Virus record (IMG/VR): IMGVR_UViG_3300046048_000265
Location: 1 to 42,789 of that record
DNA: 42,789 nt
DNA from: a virus
Lineage: Duplodnaviria > Caudoviricetes
Reading direction: 5' to 3' (one strand)
In this document: piece by piece, positions 19,682 to 29,043 of the stretch
Layout: the number at the start of each line of letters is the position of its first letter
Position numbering within the stretch: position 1 is the first letter of the stretch
Notes under the pieces: model-generated
Seen by the model: the letters and a program-made list of their open reading frames with translations, nothing else
Told to the model about the DNA's origin: nothing
Database searches by the model: none
Program-made: the position numbers and the translations under genes

Positions 19682-19922
19682 ACTCCATCAATATTTTAAG
19701 TAAATGAATTGCCTTTTCAATATCTTGCTTTCCACCTTTCTCCTTGTGTCGGGTTACATACTTTATTACACTACTCTCTATTGGACCTATCTTATTTTTG
19801 TGGCAGTATTCAATCGGCTGTATCTTCAATTTCTTGTAGTGGTCGCCCCCTACTTGCACTTCCAATGGAGCAATATCTACAGACGATTCCTTCGTTTCTG
19901 TAAACTCTGAATGCTCGATCAT
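19650..19922 (-). CDS. DUF3310 (T7 gp1.7/SaV-like) protein; start uncertain
   Basis: QVGGDHY....QPIE...KY.TR...KGG.QD..KA motif. Confidence 0.75.
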   Translation of the reverse strand: MIEHSEFTETKESSVDIAPLEVQVGGDHYKKLKIQPIEYCHKNKIGPIESSVIKYVTRHKEKGGKQDIEKAIHLLKILMEFDYANTDGSI

Positions 19923-20196
19923 CCCAAAATTCCGCAAACTCCCTTCTTTTGACATTAGTAATCTCGCAATCTCCAATTCCTTGTCGTTCAAGCCAGAGAG
20001 AAATTCTTGAATACTGTTCTGCATAATCATCGCCTGATAGTCTTGCAGTGAAGATCCATACTATGTCGCCTTGTTGCATCCATTCCTTTACTCGTTGCAC
20101 CATATCATTAATAGGATCTCCAATCTCTCCGTTTCTCTGGCTCCTATCATAGTGTGCAAGTGTACCGTCTAAATCAACTGCAATATGCTTAGCCAT
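19810..20196 (-). CDS. HAD-superfamily phosphatase
   Basis: DLDGTL motif I, FTAR motif II, DDR motif IV. Confidence 0.8.
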   Translation of the reverse strand: MAKHIAVDLDGTLAHYDRSQRNGEIGDPINDMVQRVKEWMQQGDIVWIFTARLSGDDYAEQYSRISLWLERQGIGDCEITNVKRREFAEFWDDRAFRVYRNEGIVCRYCSIGSASRGRPLQEIEDTAD

Positions 20197-20926
20197 TATA
20201 TATACCTGGATCTGCTACGTGACTCTCTAGTGACCAAATTTCTTGTATCGTATCCTTTTGTAGCTGCGATATTTTTACTGTGCTTTCTTGTATTGGACAC
20301 TCCTTATAGTTAGGGAAACAGCAGGTGCCATGTTTAGCGCAATGCACTCTTATCATTCTTTCAAACTCTGGATATAGCTTTATAACTTCAGCTTTCATCT
20401 TCTTAAATACTTCCTGATATTCCCCTGCTGTTCTATAGCAGAGCCTAGTTTCTGCCATATGCGATAGCTCTCTGAGGTCTATCTTAGCAATGATAGAAGT
20501 TAGAACTCCAGTTGGCAAGATCTCTCTTGCATCTTGAATAGCATAGCCATTCAATAATAGTTCCTGGTAGTTATTTGCAGCCTCGTGGTACATTATGTCC
20601 AGCAGCGGAGTTGCATTTGGCGGCATATAGAATTGCTTATTTGACGCATCTACTGCTCTGAGCGATTCCTGAGCGTATGACGCGTTCCTCGTGCGGACCA
20701 ATTGGTGCGTAAAATTTCGACTAACGCCTGTAATAGAAAAAGTAAAATGAACAAACTCAAAGCTAGACTTAATAGTGCCGAGCATATAATTAAGTTCATC
20801 CATTTTTCTATCGTATGACCAATTCTTAATATCCTCGATTCCATACTGTCCTTGCAACCTCGTGCTTTTTGTAAGAATTAATTTCTCGATTGCATCAGTG
20901 GTGTAATCTATAATTTCTACTTCCAT
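20189..20926 (-). CDS. thyX: FAD-dependent thymidylate synthase ThyX-like protein
   Basis: SRNFTHQLVRTRNASYAQES (RxR-X7-S), QDAR.ILP, RLC motifs. Confidence 0.82.
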   Translation of the reverse strand: MEVEIIDYTTDAIEKLILTKSTRLQGQYGIEDIKNWSYDRKMDELNYMLGTIKSSFEFVHFTFSITGVSRNFTHQLVRTRNASYAQESLRAVDASNKQFYMPPNATPLLDIMYHEAANNYQELLLNGYAIQDAREILPTGVLTSIIAKIDLRELSHMAETRLCYRTAGEYQEVFKKMKAEVIKLYPEFERMIRVHCAKHGTCCFPNYKECPIQESTVKISQLQKDTIQEIWSLESHVADPGIYNG

Positions 20927-21834
20927 CGCATTGCCCTCTCATAAGGAGTAAGTTCGATCATATCTCTAATAATATACAGATCTTTTAAGACATTATCAAG
21001 TAATACTGATGGCCTCCAGCAAGCTACCCTTCCAAGAGAGTAGACGTTATGTAACATAGTTAATTGTGCGATTGCTTTCTGACGAGCAACTTCATCTATC
21101 TTTATCATCTTGCCTATTGTCTGTTTATAGTTTTTAATAATATGTTCCTTTATACTATTTATGCCAAGTGATTTTAAAATAAATCCAATATCTTCTCCTG
21201 TCCTATCTATTTCATAAATAGATTCTATTATTAATTGGTCACCTTCTACTGTTGCTCTATATATGTGCGTATTGCTATCAGGATAATATACTGTTTGGTA
21301 CAGGTCGCATCCATTTATCGTATATCTATTAACATATATCGAACTATATTTTGGATCATCAAAGGAGACTGGATCATTTATAGGGAAGATCTCATGGTTC
21401 TTTTTCATTTGCAGAGTAGTTATGATTGGAAGGTCCATAGACATTCTGCTAGAAAATTGGCAGATATTTTCTTCTACAAATATTCTATCCTGCACTGAAT
21501 TAATGAGTCGCTCTCCAAAGTCCACCGGCGCAATAAAGCGTTCCGCTGGCTGGCAGTTAGCAATAGACCGATCAGCATATCCTCCTGTAACTTTGAAGCT
21601 ATACATATTCATAGCTTTTATATTGGGATTTATATATTCACCGCCTGACCATATTCCCTTATACACTGTGACCTTTTTAAAGGGAATTCCAGTAAGCTTA
21701 GATATTGCATCAGAGCGAAATCTAAGCAATGCTTTGTGGCCAGAGCTTATAGTTTCTTTATCAACTACTGCTTCAGCATGTGGAAAGACCTTTAATGCTA
21801 GTGCAGCGGTCATACCATTTCCTAAAATCAGCAT
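20917..21834 (-). CDS. Putative flavoprotein/oxidoreductase-like protein
   Basis: N-terminal ILGNGMTA degenerate Rossmann motif, HKALLRFRS, C-terminal YSLGR.A.WR. Confidence 0.5.
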   Translation of the reverse strand: MLILGNGMTAALALKVFPHAEAVVDKETISSGHKALLRFRSDAISKLTGIPFKKVTVYKGIWSGGEYINPNIKAMNMYSFKVTGGYADRSIANCQPAERFIAPVDFGERLINSVQDRIFVEENICQFSSRMSMDLPIITTLQMKKNHEIFPINDPVSFDDPKYSSIYVNRYTINGCDLYQTVYYPDSNTHIYRATVEGDQLIIESIYEIDRTGEDIGFILKSLGINSIKEHIIKNYKQTIGKMIKIDEVARQKAIAQLTMLHNVYSLGRVACWRPSVLLDNVLKDLYIIRDMIELTPYERAMRWK

Positions 21835-21852
21835 TTTTCCTTCCCTATATGT

Positions 21853-21886
21853 GAAAAAAGAGAGGCTAGCACTAGGCCAGCCTCCC
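21853..21886 (-). terminator. Intrinsic terminator after the 201-aa gene
   Basis: Minus strand GGAGGCTGGC-loop-GCTAGCCTCTC followed by a T run. Confidence 0.6.
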
Positions 21887-21903
21887 TACTTTGGCGGTGC
21901 TTG

Positions 21904-22509
21904 TTATGCAACGCTTCCAATCAACCTCTTTGCGAAGGTAATGTAGCCCAGGAAATGGGTTTCGTTGCGCTTCGTGTTGTTGGAAGTTTCATCAAAGCCA
22001 TTGCGACCGTGGATGCAATCCTTAGCTTGATCTTGCGTAGGCAACTCTCCATTGGTGCCAAGAGTCGTAACGATCCAATCAAGATAACGCTTGGTGAAGC
22101 CAGTCGGTCCTGTCGGCTCTTTCTCAGGAACAAAGTAGGTCAGATCATTCTTTTTAGCATATCCACGTACCAGGGCACCAGCGGACCTTACTGTGATCTC
22201 GTTGATCTCCTCCATGATTGCTTCAATTGCTTTTTCATAACCTTCTTCCGTTGAAATATCTGAAGCGGTTACTGCTTTTGATACAATTGCGTCACGATCT
22301 TCTTTTGCAAGTGCAAGTCCAGCATCAATCATGAACTGATTGTACATGCGAGCTACGTTCTTGAAAGATGCTCCAGCTTGAATCATGGACATCTTAATTG
22401 AATCTTCATCTTTATTCGCAGCTACCGCCGCATCAAATGCTTCACGGATCTTGGAATCTGCATCTTGCTGTTCAGTTTGCTCTACTGCTTTCAGTTCTGC
22501 TACGCTCAT
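21904..22509 (-). CDS. Hypothetical protein (paralogue of 33039..33407)
   Basis: AAGGAG RBS; own terminator; helical 201 aa. Confidence 0.75.
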   Translation of the reverse strand: MSVAELKAVEQTEQQDADSKIREAFDAAVAANKDEDSIKMSMIQAGASFKNVARMYNQFMIDAGLALAKEDRDAIVSKAVTASDISTEEGYEKAIEAIMEEINEITVRSAGALVRGYAKKNDLTYFVPEKEPTGPTGFTKRYLDWIVTTLGTNGELPTQDQAKDCIHGRNGFDETSNNTKRNETHFLGYITFAKRLIGSVA

Positions 22510-22598
22510 CGGTAAACTCCTTGGTTAGAAAGCCCTATCTATAGGGTAGATATAGGATACTATACTACGTCTATGAAGTCTAGTATTTTATCGCTGAT

Positions 22599-24152
22599 TT
22601 AATATATTCTCTCCTTCACCTCAGGGTATTTATTTTCAATGTTGACTAGAATCTTTCTAGGTTTCCTAAACTTATCTACATTTTCCAAGAACTCCTGAAC
22701 AGTATTTACTATCATATTGCCCGCCTTCTTCATTATCTCATGAGCTTTGAACTGTGCATATCCAGTGTGCTCTGGGCACAGCCATTCGTTTATCTCTACT
22801 CCTTCACATTGATATGATACTTTAACAGTAGGTGGCCCAAATGGCTTCTTGTTCCTGCTGTAATTTATGTCATCTACTTTTATCCATATCATATTATTCT
22901 TTGGTCTATTGATAGGGCTACTGATTCCAAGTTTCGGATCTAAGTTGATCTTAAACTTAAACTCGAACTCACATTCTGGGCAGAGCTTAGTTTTAATGTG
23001 CACCAGTAAACTACATACTGGGCACTCTTTTACCATATCTGATCCAGTACCTCCTTTCTTTTTCTTAGTTATATTAACGTCATTGATAGGCCCGAGTCTG
23101 GTTATGTTCCCTGCGAAGTCAAGTACCAGACAATTAGACTTGTCAGGAGCAATCCGCATACCCCTGCCAATAGTTTGAACATGTAGAACCGGGGATTTTG
23201 TTGGCCTGAGTAATCCAATGAGATCAATATCAGGAACATCAAAACCTGTAGTGAGAATGTTAACATTAACAATACATCTGTAATTACCATCTTTGAACCT
23301 CCTTATAATCTGATCTCTGTCCTGGTCCATTTTAGAGTGTATGACCATAGTAGATATACCACACCTGATTAGCCCTTCGGCTATGTGTTCCGCGTGGTCG
23401 ATGTCTATTGCAAATATGAGCCACTTCTTCCTATCTGATCCTCTTGCTATTATTTCTCTTATACATTCATTCGTTATCTCGTCTCTGTCATTCTCCGCAG
23501 ATAGCTGTCTCTCATTATAGTCACCGCCGACTGTGCCTACTCCTTCGACTGACAGTTTCGTTCTAGTCCCTTTGGTAATAAGGTCACATAGGTATCCATT
23601 ATCGACTAATTTATTGAATTCCTCCTTGGAAGTACAGTCATATGCTAGGCAATCAAACAGCTGGTCCTTTCCATATATGTAACCTGACCCAAGGCGGAAC
23701 GGAGTAGCTGTCAGACCTATCTTTGTATGATCTCCTATTGCTTCAAAGAACTTATGGTACATGCTCTCGCTTCTTTTACTTATTAGGTGAGCCTCATCTA
23801 TTATCACTACATTGAAGTGCTTGAACTTATTTGGCTTTCTATATGCACTCTGTATCCCTGCTACCGTAATCTTCCCAATCTGCTTGCGATCTAATCCAGC
23901 AGAGTAGACGCTTACGTGCTGAGACAATGCTTTTTCAATGCTAACTTGATTCTGATGTAGGATCTCCTTTACATGAGATAGTATTAGGAAGTTTTCATTG
24001 CCAGCAGCTTGCAGTTGCTGAATGATAGCTGCTATTGTGTATGTCTTTCCTGCTCCAGTTGGTAGCGCGACCAGCGGATCTTTCCCTTCAAGCACTCTAG
24101 CTACTGCTAGATTGGCGGCTTTCTGCTGGTAAGGTCTTAGCTTTATTTGCAT
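22599..24152 (-). CDS. SF2 helicase (RadD/YejH-like) with C-terminal Zn finger
   Basis: LRPYQ, PTGAGKT, DEAH, TATP, QTIGRG.R, CP.C...CP.C motifs. Confidence 0.92.
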   Translation of the reverse strand: MQIKLRPYQQKAANLAVARVLEGKDPLVALPTGAGKTYTIAAIIQQLQAAGNENFLILSHVKEILHQNQVSIEKALSQHVSVYSAGLDRKQIGKITVAGIQSAYRKPNKFKHFNVVIIDEAHLISKRSESMYHKFFEAIGDHTKIGLTATPFRLGSGYIYGKDQLFDCLAYDCTSKEEFNKLVDNGYLCDLITKGTRTKLSVEGVGTVGGDYNERQLSAENDRDEITNECIREIIARGSDRKKWLIFAIDIDHAEHIAEGLIRCGISTMVIHSKMDQDRDQIIRRFKDGNYRCIVNVNILTTGFDVPDIDLIGLLRPTKSPVLHVQTIGRGMRIAPDKSNCLVLDFAGNITRLGPINDVNITKKKKGGTGSDMVKECPVCSLLVHIKTKLCPECEFEFKFKINLDPKLGISSPINRPKNNMIWIKVDDINYSRNKKPFGPPTVKVSYQCEGVEINEWLCPEHTGYAQFKAHEIMKKAGNMIVNTVQEFLENVDKFRKPRKILVNIENKYPEVKERIY

Positions 24153-24387
24153 GGACAAGTCCTCTGCTTAATAGTTTAGGATCACAAAAATATTCTTTAA
24201 TTGGATGGTTCTGCAAATCTATAACAGTATTTAGTCTTTTCTTTTCATTCCTCCTTTTATCATATCTACACATCTGACAGTTTTTTGAAAACTTAACATT
24301 GCCAAACCAGTCATATGCAAAGTCTATTGTCATCCGATCCTTTTTGCATCTTGGGCAATTAGGAAAAGTATTGATCATCAAGTGCAT
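24097..24387 (-). CDS. Small CxxC-CxxC protein
   Basis: CPRC...CQMC; fills the gap between nuclease and helicase; overlaps the helicase start. Confidence 0.45.
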   Translation of the reverse strand: MHLMINTFPNCPRCKKDRMTIDFAYDWFGNVKFSKNCQMCRYDKRRNEKKRLNTVIDLQNHPIKEYFCDPKLLSRGLVHANKAKTLPAESRQSSSS

Positions 24388-25174
24388 ATCTTTTACATCC
24401 GTCCTCTTGTTGCTGGTTATCTAAATCAGAGTGCGACAGTGAGCAATGCCACTTGCCTCCATTCATTATATCTACGTGCTTGCATGTACGACAGTTCCGC
24501 TGGATGGTGGCTCCGAAACATACATTCTTTGCATCACAGAATCTGCATTTGAAATAATCCTCCGTTGCCTTATCAATACGCGGCAGAAGTTTATCTGTTG
24601 TAATTATGTCTAGTCGGATACGCTCCAGCTGTCTGGCTCGCTCCTCATCATAATCTACTTTGATTATTGCTACTGTAGAATCATTTTTATTTATGGCTAC
24701 ATATACGCCTCTCTTTGGTATTTCTTTATGGCTCATGTAAGCCTGCATTTGATCATAGTGTTTGGGGAATGCTTTTTTGACTCCATGCTTTAAGAGTGCG
24801 TTGAAATTCTTTTGATTGTGAGTCTTGATCTCAAGTAAATTCTTTGTGCATTCTCCAGGTAGTTCAATGATTCCGTCTATATGACCAAGCCAGTGACCGC
24901 CAAGTGATTCGATAAAGATCTGGCGGCCGGTTATTTTACAGCCCAGAGCTTCTAGTTCATTGATGATGTCATCTTCACCATAGTGCCCTACGCGGAACAG
25001 TCTGCTGATTCTATTAAGGAGTCTCCGCTTGTATGCCCACCTCCATGCGTATTGCATTGACCGTAGGCATTCCTCACCATTGGCGGAAAGCCCTAGATAA
25101 TGTCTAGGATAGAACTCCTCACCATCACCATTATTAATTATGCTATCAATTCCTTTATTTGGTATCATTACCAT
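24359..25174 (-). CDS. Cas4-like PD-(D/E)xK exonuclease
   Basis: YLG.S..G.EC.R, GHIDG, LLEIKT, QMQAYM, C.FC....C and CRTC motifs. Confidence 0.85.
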   Translation of the reverse strand: MVMIPNKGIDSIINNGDGEEFYPRHYLGLSANGEECLRSMQYAWRWAYKRRLLNRISRLFRVGHYGEDDIINELEALGCKITGRQIFIESLGGHWLGHIDGIIELPGECTKNLLEIKTHNQKNFNALLKHGVKKAFPKHYDQMQAYMSHKEIPKRGVYVAINKNDSTVAIIKVDYDEERARQLERIRLDIITTDKLLPRIDKATEDYFKCRFCDAKNVCFGATIQRNCRTCKHVDIMNGGKWHCSLSHSDLDNQQQEDGCKRYALDDQYFS

Positions 25175-25191
25175 CTTATGATTCCTTAGAG

Positions 25192-25218
25192 AAAAAAGAG
25201 GGGCCACAGTGGGCCCCT
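25192..25218 (-). terminator. Intrinsic terminator after SSB
   Basis: Minus strand AGGGGCC-CACTGT-GGCCCCT followed by CTTTTTT. Confidence 0.65.
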
Positions 25219-25235
25219 AAACGATGGAGGATTAA

Positions 25236-25643
25236 TTATGCTTCATAGGCATCTTCTGGTAGGTACTTCTTGACCTTTGACTTTGCAGGGTATCCGTTCT
25301 GTGCTTCCTCAGTCACTACAATTAAGGTGATTCCAATGCCGTGGAGCTCAGCAGTGTCCTCGATTTCTTCAAAGCCACAAGCCTTGACTAGTTGTGCCAG
25401 AGTGCGGTTACCAATGTCCTCTGCTACCTTATTGGTATGAACAATGTTCATGATATCAAAGAGTGTGAAGCCTTTGTGTTGACCATCAATAATTTGAATT
25501 GTGAAGGCAAGATACTTTCCAGTACCTTTTGAATTGTCCTTCAGTTCACTTTTGATTACATGGCCGAGGTACATGCCCTCAGGGATAGTGGTATCGCTGG
25601 AAGGTGCATCGCTGGTTTTGAAAGTGTTAGGAAGCATTGCCAT
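25236..25643 (-). CDS. DUF669-type ssDNA-binding protein
   Basis: IP.G.Y...I..SELK...G.YL...I.DG...G..LF...N pattern; adjacent to Sak4-like gene. Confidence 0.75.
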   Translation of the reverse strand: MAMLPNTFKTSDAPSSDTTIPEGMYLGHVIKSELKDNSKGTGKYLAFTIQIIDGQHKGFTLFDIMNIVHTNKVAEDIGNRTLAQLVKACGFEEIEDTAELHGIGITLIVVTEEAQNGYPAKSKVKKYLPEDAYEA

Positions 25644-25644
25644 T

Positions 25645-26295
25645 TTACTTTACTCCAATTTTTGCGAAGATTTTACTAAGGTCAGGTGTTTCCATTTTGT
25701 CCAGTTTCCCGGATCTATCTTTACATACTCTATTTCTATCTGATTCTGTTTGCAACCACCTCGCTTTTTGTTTATCTTGCACCATACAAAACAGCTCATC
25801 AACCATATAAGGTAACTGATTGGGGAGCATCTGACCAGGGAGGATAGGACGATGTTGCATAATGTCCAGATCATCTACCCTAGATTCCATCTTTGTGACA
25901 AACACTACATGCTTGCCCTTCAGATCCCTGAAGTTGCGGATCATATGAAGCATTGCCTCCGCCATTTTTAAATAAGCCTGGCGAGGATCTTTTTCACCTT
26001 CCTTTAGTCTCTTGAGTACCAGCTCTGCTATCTCTGAAAGAGAGTCTAAGCATATGGTTTCATACTCACTAGACTTCAGCATTCTATATGCTGCGTCAAG
26101 ATCCTCCAGTGAAGACACTTCAATATAAGGAACATCTAATGAAGACAGGGACAAAAGCCCTGCCTCACTAGATACAATGATTGGCTTAGGTGCAGTAGCG
26201 CACAGCACCGTTTTGCCTATCCCAGCTGGCCCGTATACGACGACTTTAATAGCGTCTGCAACGTAATCGGCTGTTGTTTGTATCTTGATTGCCAT
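25645..26295 (-). CDS. Sak4-like AAA ATPase (ssDNA annealing)
   Basis: YGPAGIGKT Walker A, ETICLDSLSE, KDRSG motifs. Confidence 0.85.
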   Translation of the reverse strand: MAIKIQTTADYVADAIKVVVYGPAGIGKTVLCATAPKPIIVSSEAGLLSLSSLDVPYIEVSSLEDLDAAYRMLKSSEYETICLDSLSEIAELVLKRLKEGEKDPRQAYLKMAEAMLHMIRNFRDLKGKHVVFVTKMESRVDDLDIMQHRPILPGQMLPNQLPYMVDELFCMVQDKQKARWLQTESDRNRVCKDRSGKLDKMETPDLSKIFAKIGVK

Positions 26296-26322
26296 ACTTT
26301 AAGTTTCCTATTTCAATATGCT

Positions 26323-26351
26323 ATTATAACCTATTGCCTCGCTGAAAGCAA
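26323..26351 (-). promoter_or_regulatory. Sigma70-like promoter for the replication operon
   Basis: TTGCTT-17bp-TATAAT on the minus strand. Confidence 0.7.
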
Positions 26352-26401
26352 GCAAGCGACGGCAATAATAAGAGTCACGAACAGTAAGTCTATTCCATTG
26401 A

Positions 26402-26617
26402 TCATTCTTCGATGCTCCAGAGTGCGTCCCAGTTTTGTGGCACAAGTCCACTCATCAGGAATTCCCTTTCATCTGCACTCAGGTTATCGAATGCGTTTTG
26501 GATAAGCTCTCCATTGTTCCATCTGATGAGCCTTGCTCTGAATTCCTTCTGTTCCATGCCTAGAACTAAGCGGTTCATCTTGCCATCCAGTGGAGACTTC
26601 ATGTTAACTTTTACCAT
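26402..26617 (-). CDS. Conserved phage hypothetical protein
   Basis: LIQNAF.NLSA.EREFL.SG..P..W motif. Confidence 0.7.
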   Translation of the reverse strand: MVKVNMKSPLDGKMNRLVLGMEQKEFRARLIRWNNGELIQNAFDNLSADEREFLMSGLVPQNWDALWSIEE

Positions 26618-26765
26618 TTTTGCGGTCCTCTTTCATTTTCAATAGTTTGGCGAGTATTTCTCTTTCTTTCCTTGCATCAAAGTTATACGGTCCGCTCAGT
26701 GTGACGAGAGCCGCCAGGCGGACCTCTGTCCTCATTATTGATAGCTCTAGCATATCAGTCACCAT
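26604..26765 (-). CDS. Hypothetical 53-aa protein (absent from the ORF track)
   Basis: AAAGGAGG RBS then MVTDMLELSIMRTEV...; fills the intergenic gap. Confidence 0.6.
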   Translation of the reverse strand: MVTDMLELSIMRTEVRLAALVTLSGPYNFDARKEREILAKLLKMKEDRKNGKS

Positions 26766-26790
26766 GTTTCCTCCTTTAATAGTGCTTTCA

Positions 26791-27015
26791 TTACTCTGTC
26801 TCCTCAGGAGTAAATACGAAATAACTATCGTCCAACCAGCAGTGCAGGCAGTTCGTATGCTCTTTTAGTACCTGCATGACGGCTCGGCGCATAGCATTTA
26901 CTTCATCCTCACCTGGTGGCAGTTTGTAGCTTCTCAGCGCCCTGTCGTTTAAGCGGATAACGTACTCCGTCTCCCCGCCAACATTTCTTTCCCATATTGT
27001 AAAACGCATTTCCAT
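26791..27015 (-). CDS. Early hypothetical protein
   Basis: 74 aa; AGGGG RBS; co-oriented with the cluster. Confidence 0.6.
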   Translation of the reverse strand: MEMRFTIWERNVGGETEYVIRLNDRALRSYKLPPGEDEVNAMRRAVMQVLKEHTNCLHCWLDDSYFVFTPEETE

Positions 27016-27087
27016 AGTGTTTCCCCTGTTTAGCTGCGGTTATTGGTTACTTCGCCTCCATTGAAAGCGCCGTCCCTGGCGCACTCC

Positions 27088-27351
27088 TTAATTAGCCAAC
27101 GAGCGAAGCAGGGCACGATACCTGCGCAGAAGATGTTCGGGCTGGTACAGCTCATGCCCGGCGGCTTTTGTTTCAGCGGTGTATTGAGCAATCAACTCAG
27201 CGATGCGCTCGTTGGTGGCGTCTGGCTGGACGTCTTGTGCCATCGCATACTCCAGAAAATCCACAGTGCCCTGCCAGGATAATGGCTGGTAGATCTCGCT
27301 CACGTAGCGTGCCGTCTTAAGCCTTTCGATGATGTCTTCGTCCTTCATCAC
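27088..27351 (-). CDS. Early hypothetical protein
   Basis: 87 aa; AGAGG RBS. Confidence 0.6.
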   Translation of the reverse strand: MMKDEDIIERLKTARYVSEIYQPLSWQGTVDFLEYAMAQDVQPDATNERIAELIAQYTAETKAAGHELYQPEHLLRRYRALLRSLAN

Positions 27352-27408
27352 TTTGCCTCTTTAGGAATAGTTAATAGTGTGGGTTGGGGCGTCCTTGCCC
27401 AGAATTAA

Positions 27409-27699
27409 TTAGTCCATATCCAAAAGCAGGAACTTAGCCTCAAACTCCTTCATTTTTTGAGTCCTGCGTATCAATTCATCTTTCGCTTGCTGGATCTCAT
27501 TTGCTACGAACTCTATTCCAGCCTCTGCAATCCATTCTTTGGAGGGCTTATCTACCTCCAGCTCAACTATCATCCTTCTTTTCATAGTCCCGTCTGCTCC
27601 CAGATATTGCCAGTCCTCCATGGGAGCAATACGATAGGTCCAGCCATTGGTTGCCCATTCAGATATCTCTGCGTAGATTACAACAGTTTCTTTAGCCAT
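27409..27699 (-). CDS. Early hypothetical protein
   Basis: 96 aa; AAGGA RBS. Confidence 0.65.
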   Translation of the reverse strand: MAKETVVIYAEISEWATNGWTYRIAPMEDWQYLGADGTMKRRMIVELEVDKPSKEWIAEAGIEFVANEIQQAKDELIRRTQKMKEFEAKFLLLDMD

Positions 27700-27774
27700 T
27701 TCACACTTTCCTTTCGTTTACGATGCTACATTGCATCCTATAGTGCCCTCGTTCAGAAGGCACTAATAGATGCA

Positions 27775-28206
27775 TTACATTCCTATTTCCGCCTCGTATA
27801 TTTTTCCTTCTATATGCCTTCTGATAGTGTACTCTCCTATTTCATATTCTAAATCTATTTGTGAATGCGAGCATCCATGCACGAATGCAACTTCAATATT
27901 TATATCTAATCTGTCACGATCTTCTTCTTCGATAGAATAGAAAACAATAATAAGTATTCCTGCTACATTTATTTCTCTGGATACAGTGCTAGCACTGATT
28001 CCTTGAATTGTTACATAGAAATAAGGATTTGTAATAATACCTACTTTAGTTTGCCCATTGTAAGTATATTCATACTCTCCATATACTCCATCCATTGCCT
28101 GAACAGGCAAGTCTATTTTGCGATACATTCCATCTATAATCCCCTTTGCCTCAATATTTGTACTGGTATTTGCATATTCTATTGCTTGCCTAATGGTCAT
28201 TTGCAT
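27775..28206 (-). CDS. Early hypothetical protein (AT-rich)
   Basis: 143 aa; GGAG RBS. Confidence 0.6.
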   Translation of the reverse strand: MQMTIRQAIEYANTSTNIEAKGIIDGMYRKIDLPVQAMDGVYGEYEYTYNGQTKVGIITNPYFYVTIQGISASTVSREINVAGILIIVFYSIEEEDRDRLDINIEVAFVHGCSHSQIDLEYEIGEYTIRRHIEGKIYEAEIGM

Positions 28207-28250
28207 ATCTTTTCTCCAATTAGTTATGCGCCGTCCATGGCGCGGATAGT

Positions 28251-28508
28251 TTACCGTCCGGTTATAGTATCGAAAGCGTCTTTTGCAACTTCTGCCACAT
28301 CTATAGCTGCATCCATGCTTTCTCGTGCGAGTATATCGTATATCTCCATTTGTATAACTTCCTCCAATTCGGTTCCGTCGATCTCTAAATCATCAGTTCG
28401 GAATTCCTTGCCATTAAAGAACACGGCAGTCAATTCGATCCTATCATTAAAATAGGTATCGAAATGGACCTCGAAGATATTGCCGGATATTTCTACTTTA
28501 CGACGCAT
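28251..28508 (-). CDS. Early acidic hypothetical protein
   Basis: 85 aa D/E-rich; GGAG RBS. Confidence 0.65.
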   Translation of the reverse strand: MRRKVEISGNIFEVHFDTYFNDRIELTAVFFNGKEFRTDDLEIDGTELEEVIQMEIYDILARESMDAAIDVAEVAKDAFDTITGR

Positions 28509-28563
28509 ATTTTTAACTCCAGTTGGTAGGGGCTTCTCGGGTTGTGGCTGTCCGTGGCCTGGG

Positions 28564-28770
28564 TTAGGCTGTGCGGATGGCTTTCACAGTGTCTTCCAGC
28601 GCGTAGTAGCTGGCCATAGCGCGGAGATAGCGCTGTTGGGCTTTGTCGCGGGTTTCCTGGCTGACGCCTGCCACCAGCAGGCTCTGTAGCAGGTGCTCGC
28701 GCGCGTCGTCATACTCGTAACGCACTGATCGGTAGATGTCCTTTAGGTTCTCTGGTACGTCCATAAGCAT
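28564..28770 (-). CDS. Early hypothetical protein (GC-rich)
   Basis: 68 aa; GGAG RBS. Confidence 0.6.
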   Translation of the reverse strand: MLMDVPENLKDIYRSVRYEYDDAREHLLQSLLVAGVSQETRDKAQQRYLRAMASYYALEDTVKAIRTA

Positions 28771-28810
28771 TTACTCCAGTTGGTAGGGGGCTTCCTTGCC
28801 CCCGATTAGT

Positions 28811-28966
28811 TTACTTGCTCTCGTTTTCTTCTTTACGGATCCGTTCGATTTCGCGAACGGTTTGCTCCCAAGTCTCCCCTCCAGATACGATCTTCCTGCT
28901 CCAAAGATCGCAAGCCCAGATATAATAACCTTTCTTATCCTTTGCTTTAGTAATTGCAAGTACCAT
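28811..28966 (-). CDS. First early gene, 51 aa (MVLAITKAKDKKGYYIWACDLW...)
   Basis: AAGGAG RBS 7 nt upstream of ATG; stop just before an intergenic hairpin. Confidence 0.6.
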   Translation of the reverse strand: MVLAITKAKDKKGYYIWACDLWSRKIVSGGETWEQTVREIERIRKEENESK

Positions 28967-29043
28967 CTTTTTTCTCCTTCCAAATCGGATTTTTTAACTT
29001 GGGCAAAACGCCCGCCCCTCCGGGAAGCCCGAAAGGGAATCTA

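Noticed and set aside
24359-25174. Cas4 as part of a CRISPR system
   Set aside because: It sits with Sak4-like and SSB genes, the usual phage recombination trio
28771-28983. 70-aa ORF from the track
   Set aside because: An alternative frame, 28811..28966, has an ATG with a strong RBS and ends before the intergenic hairpin
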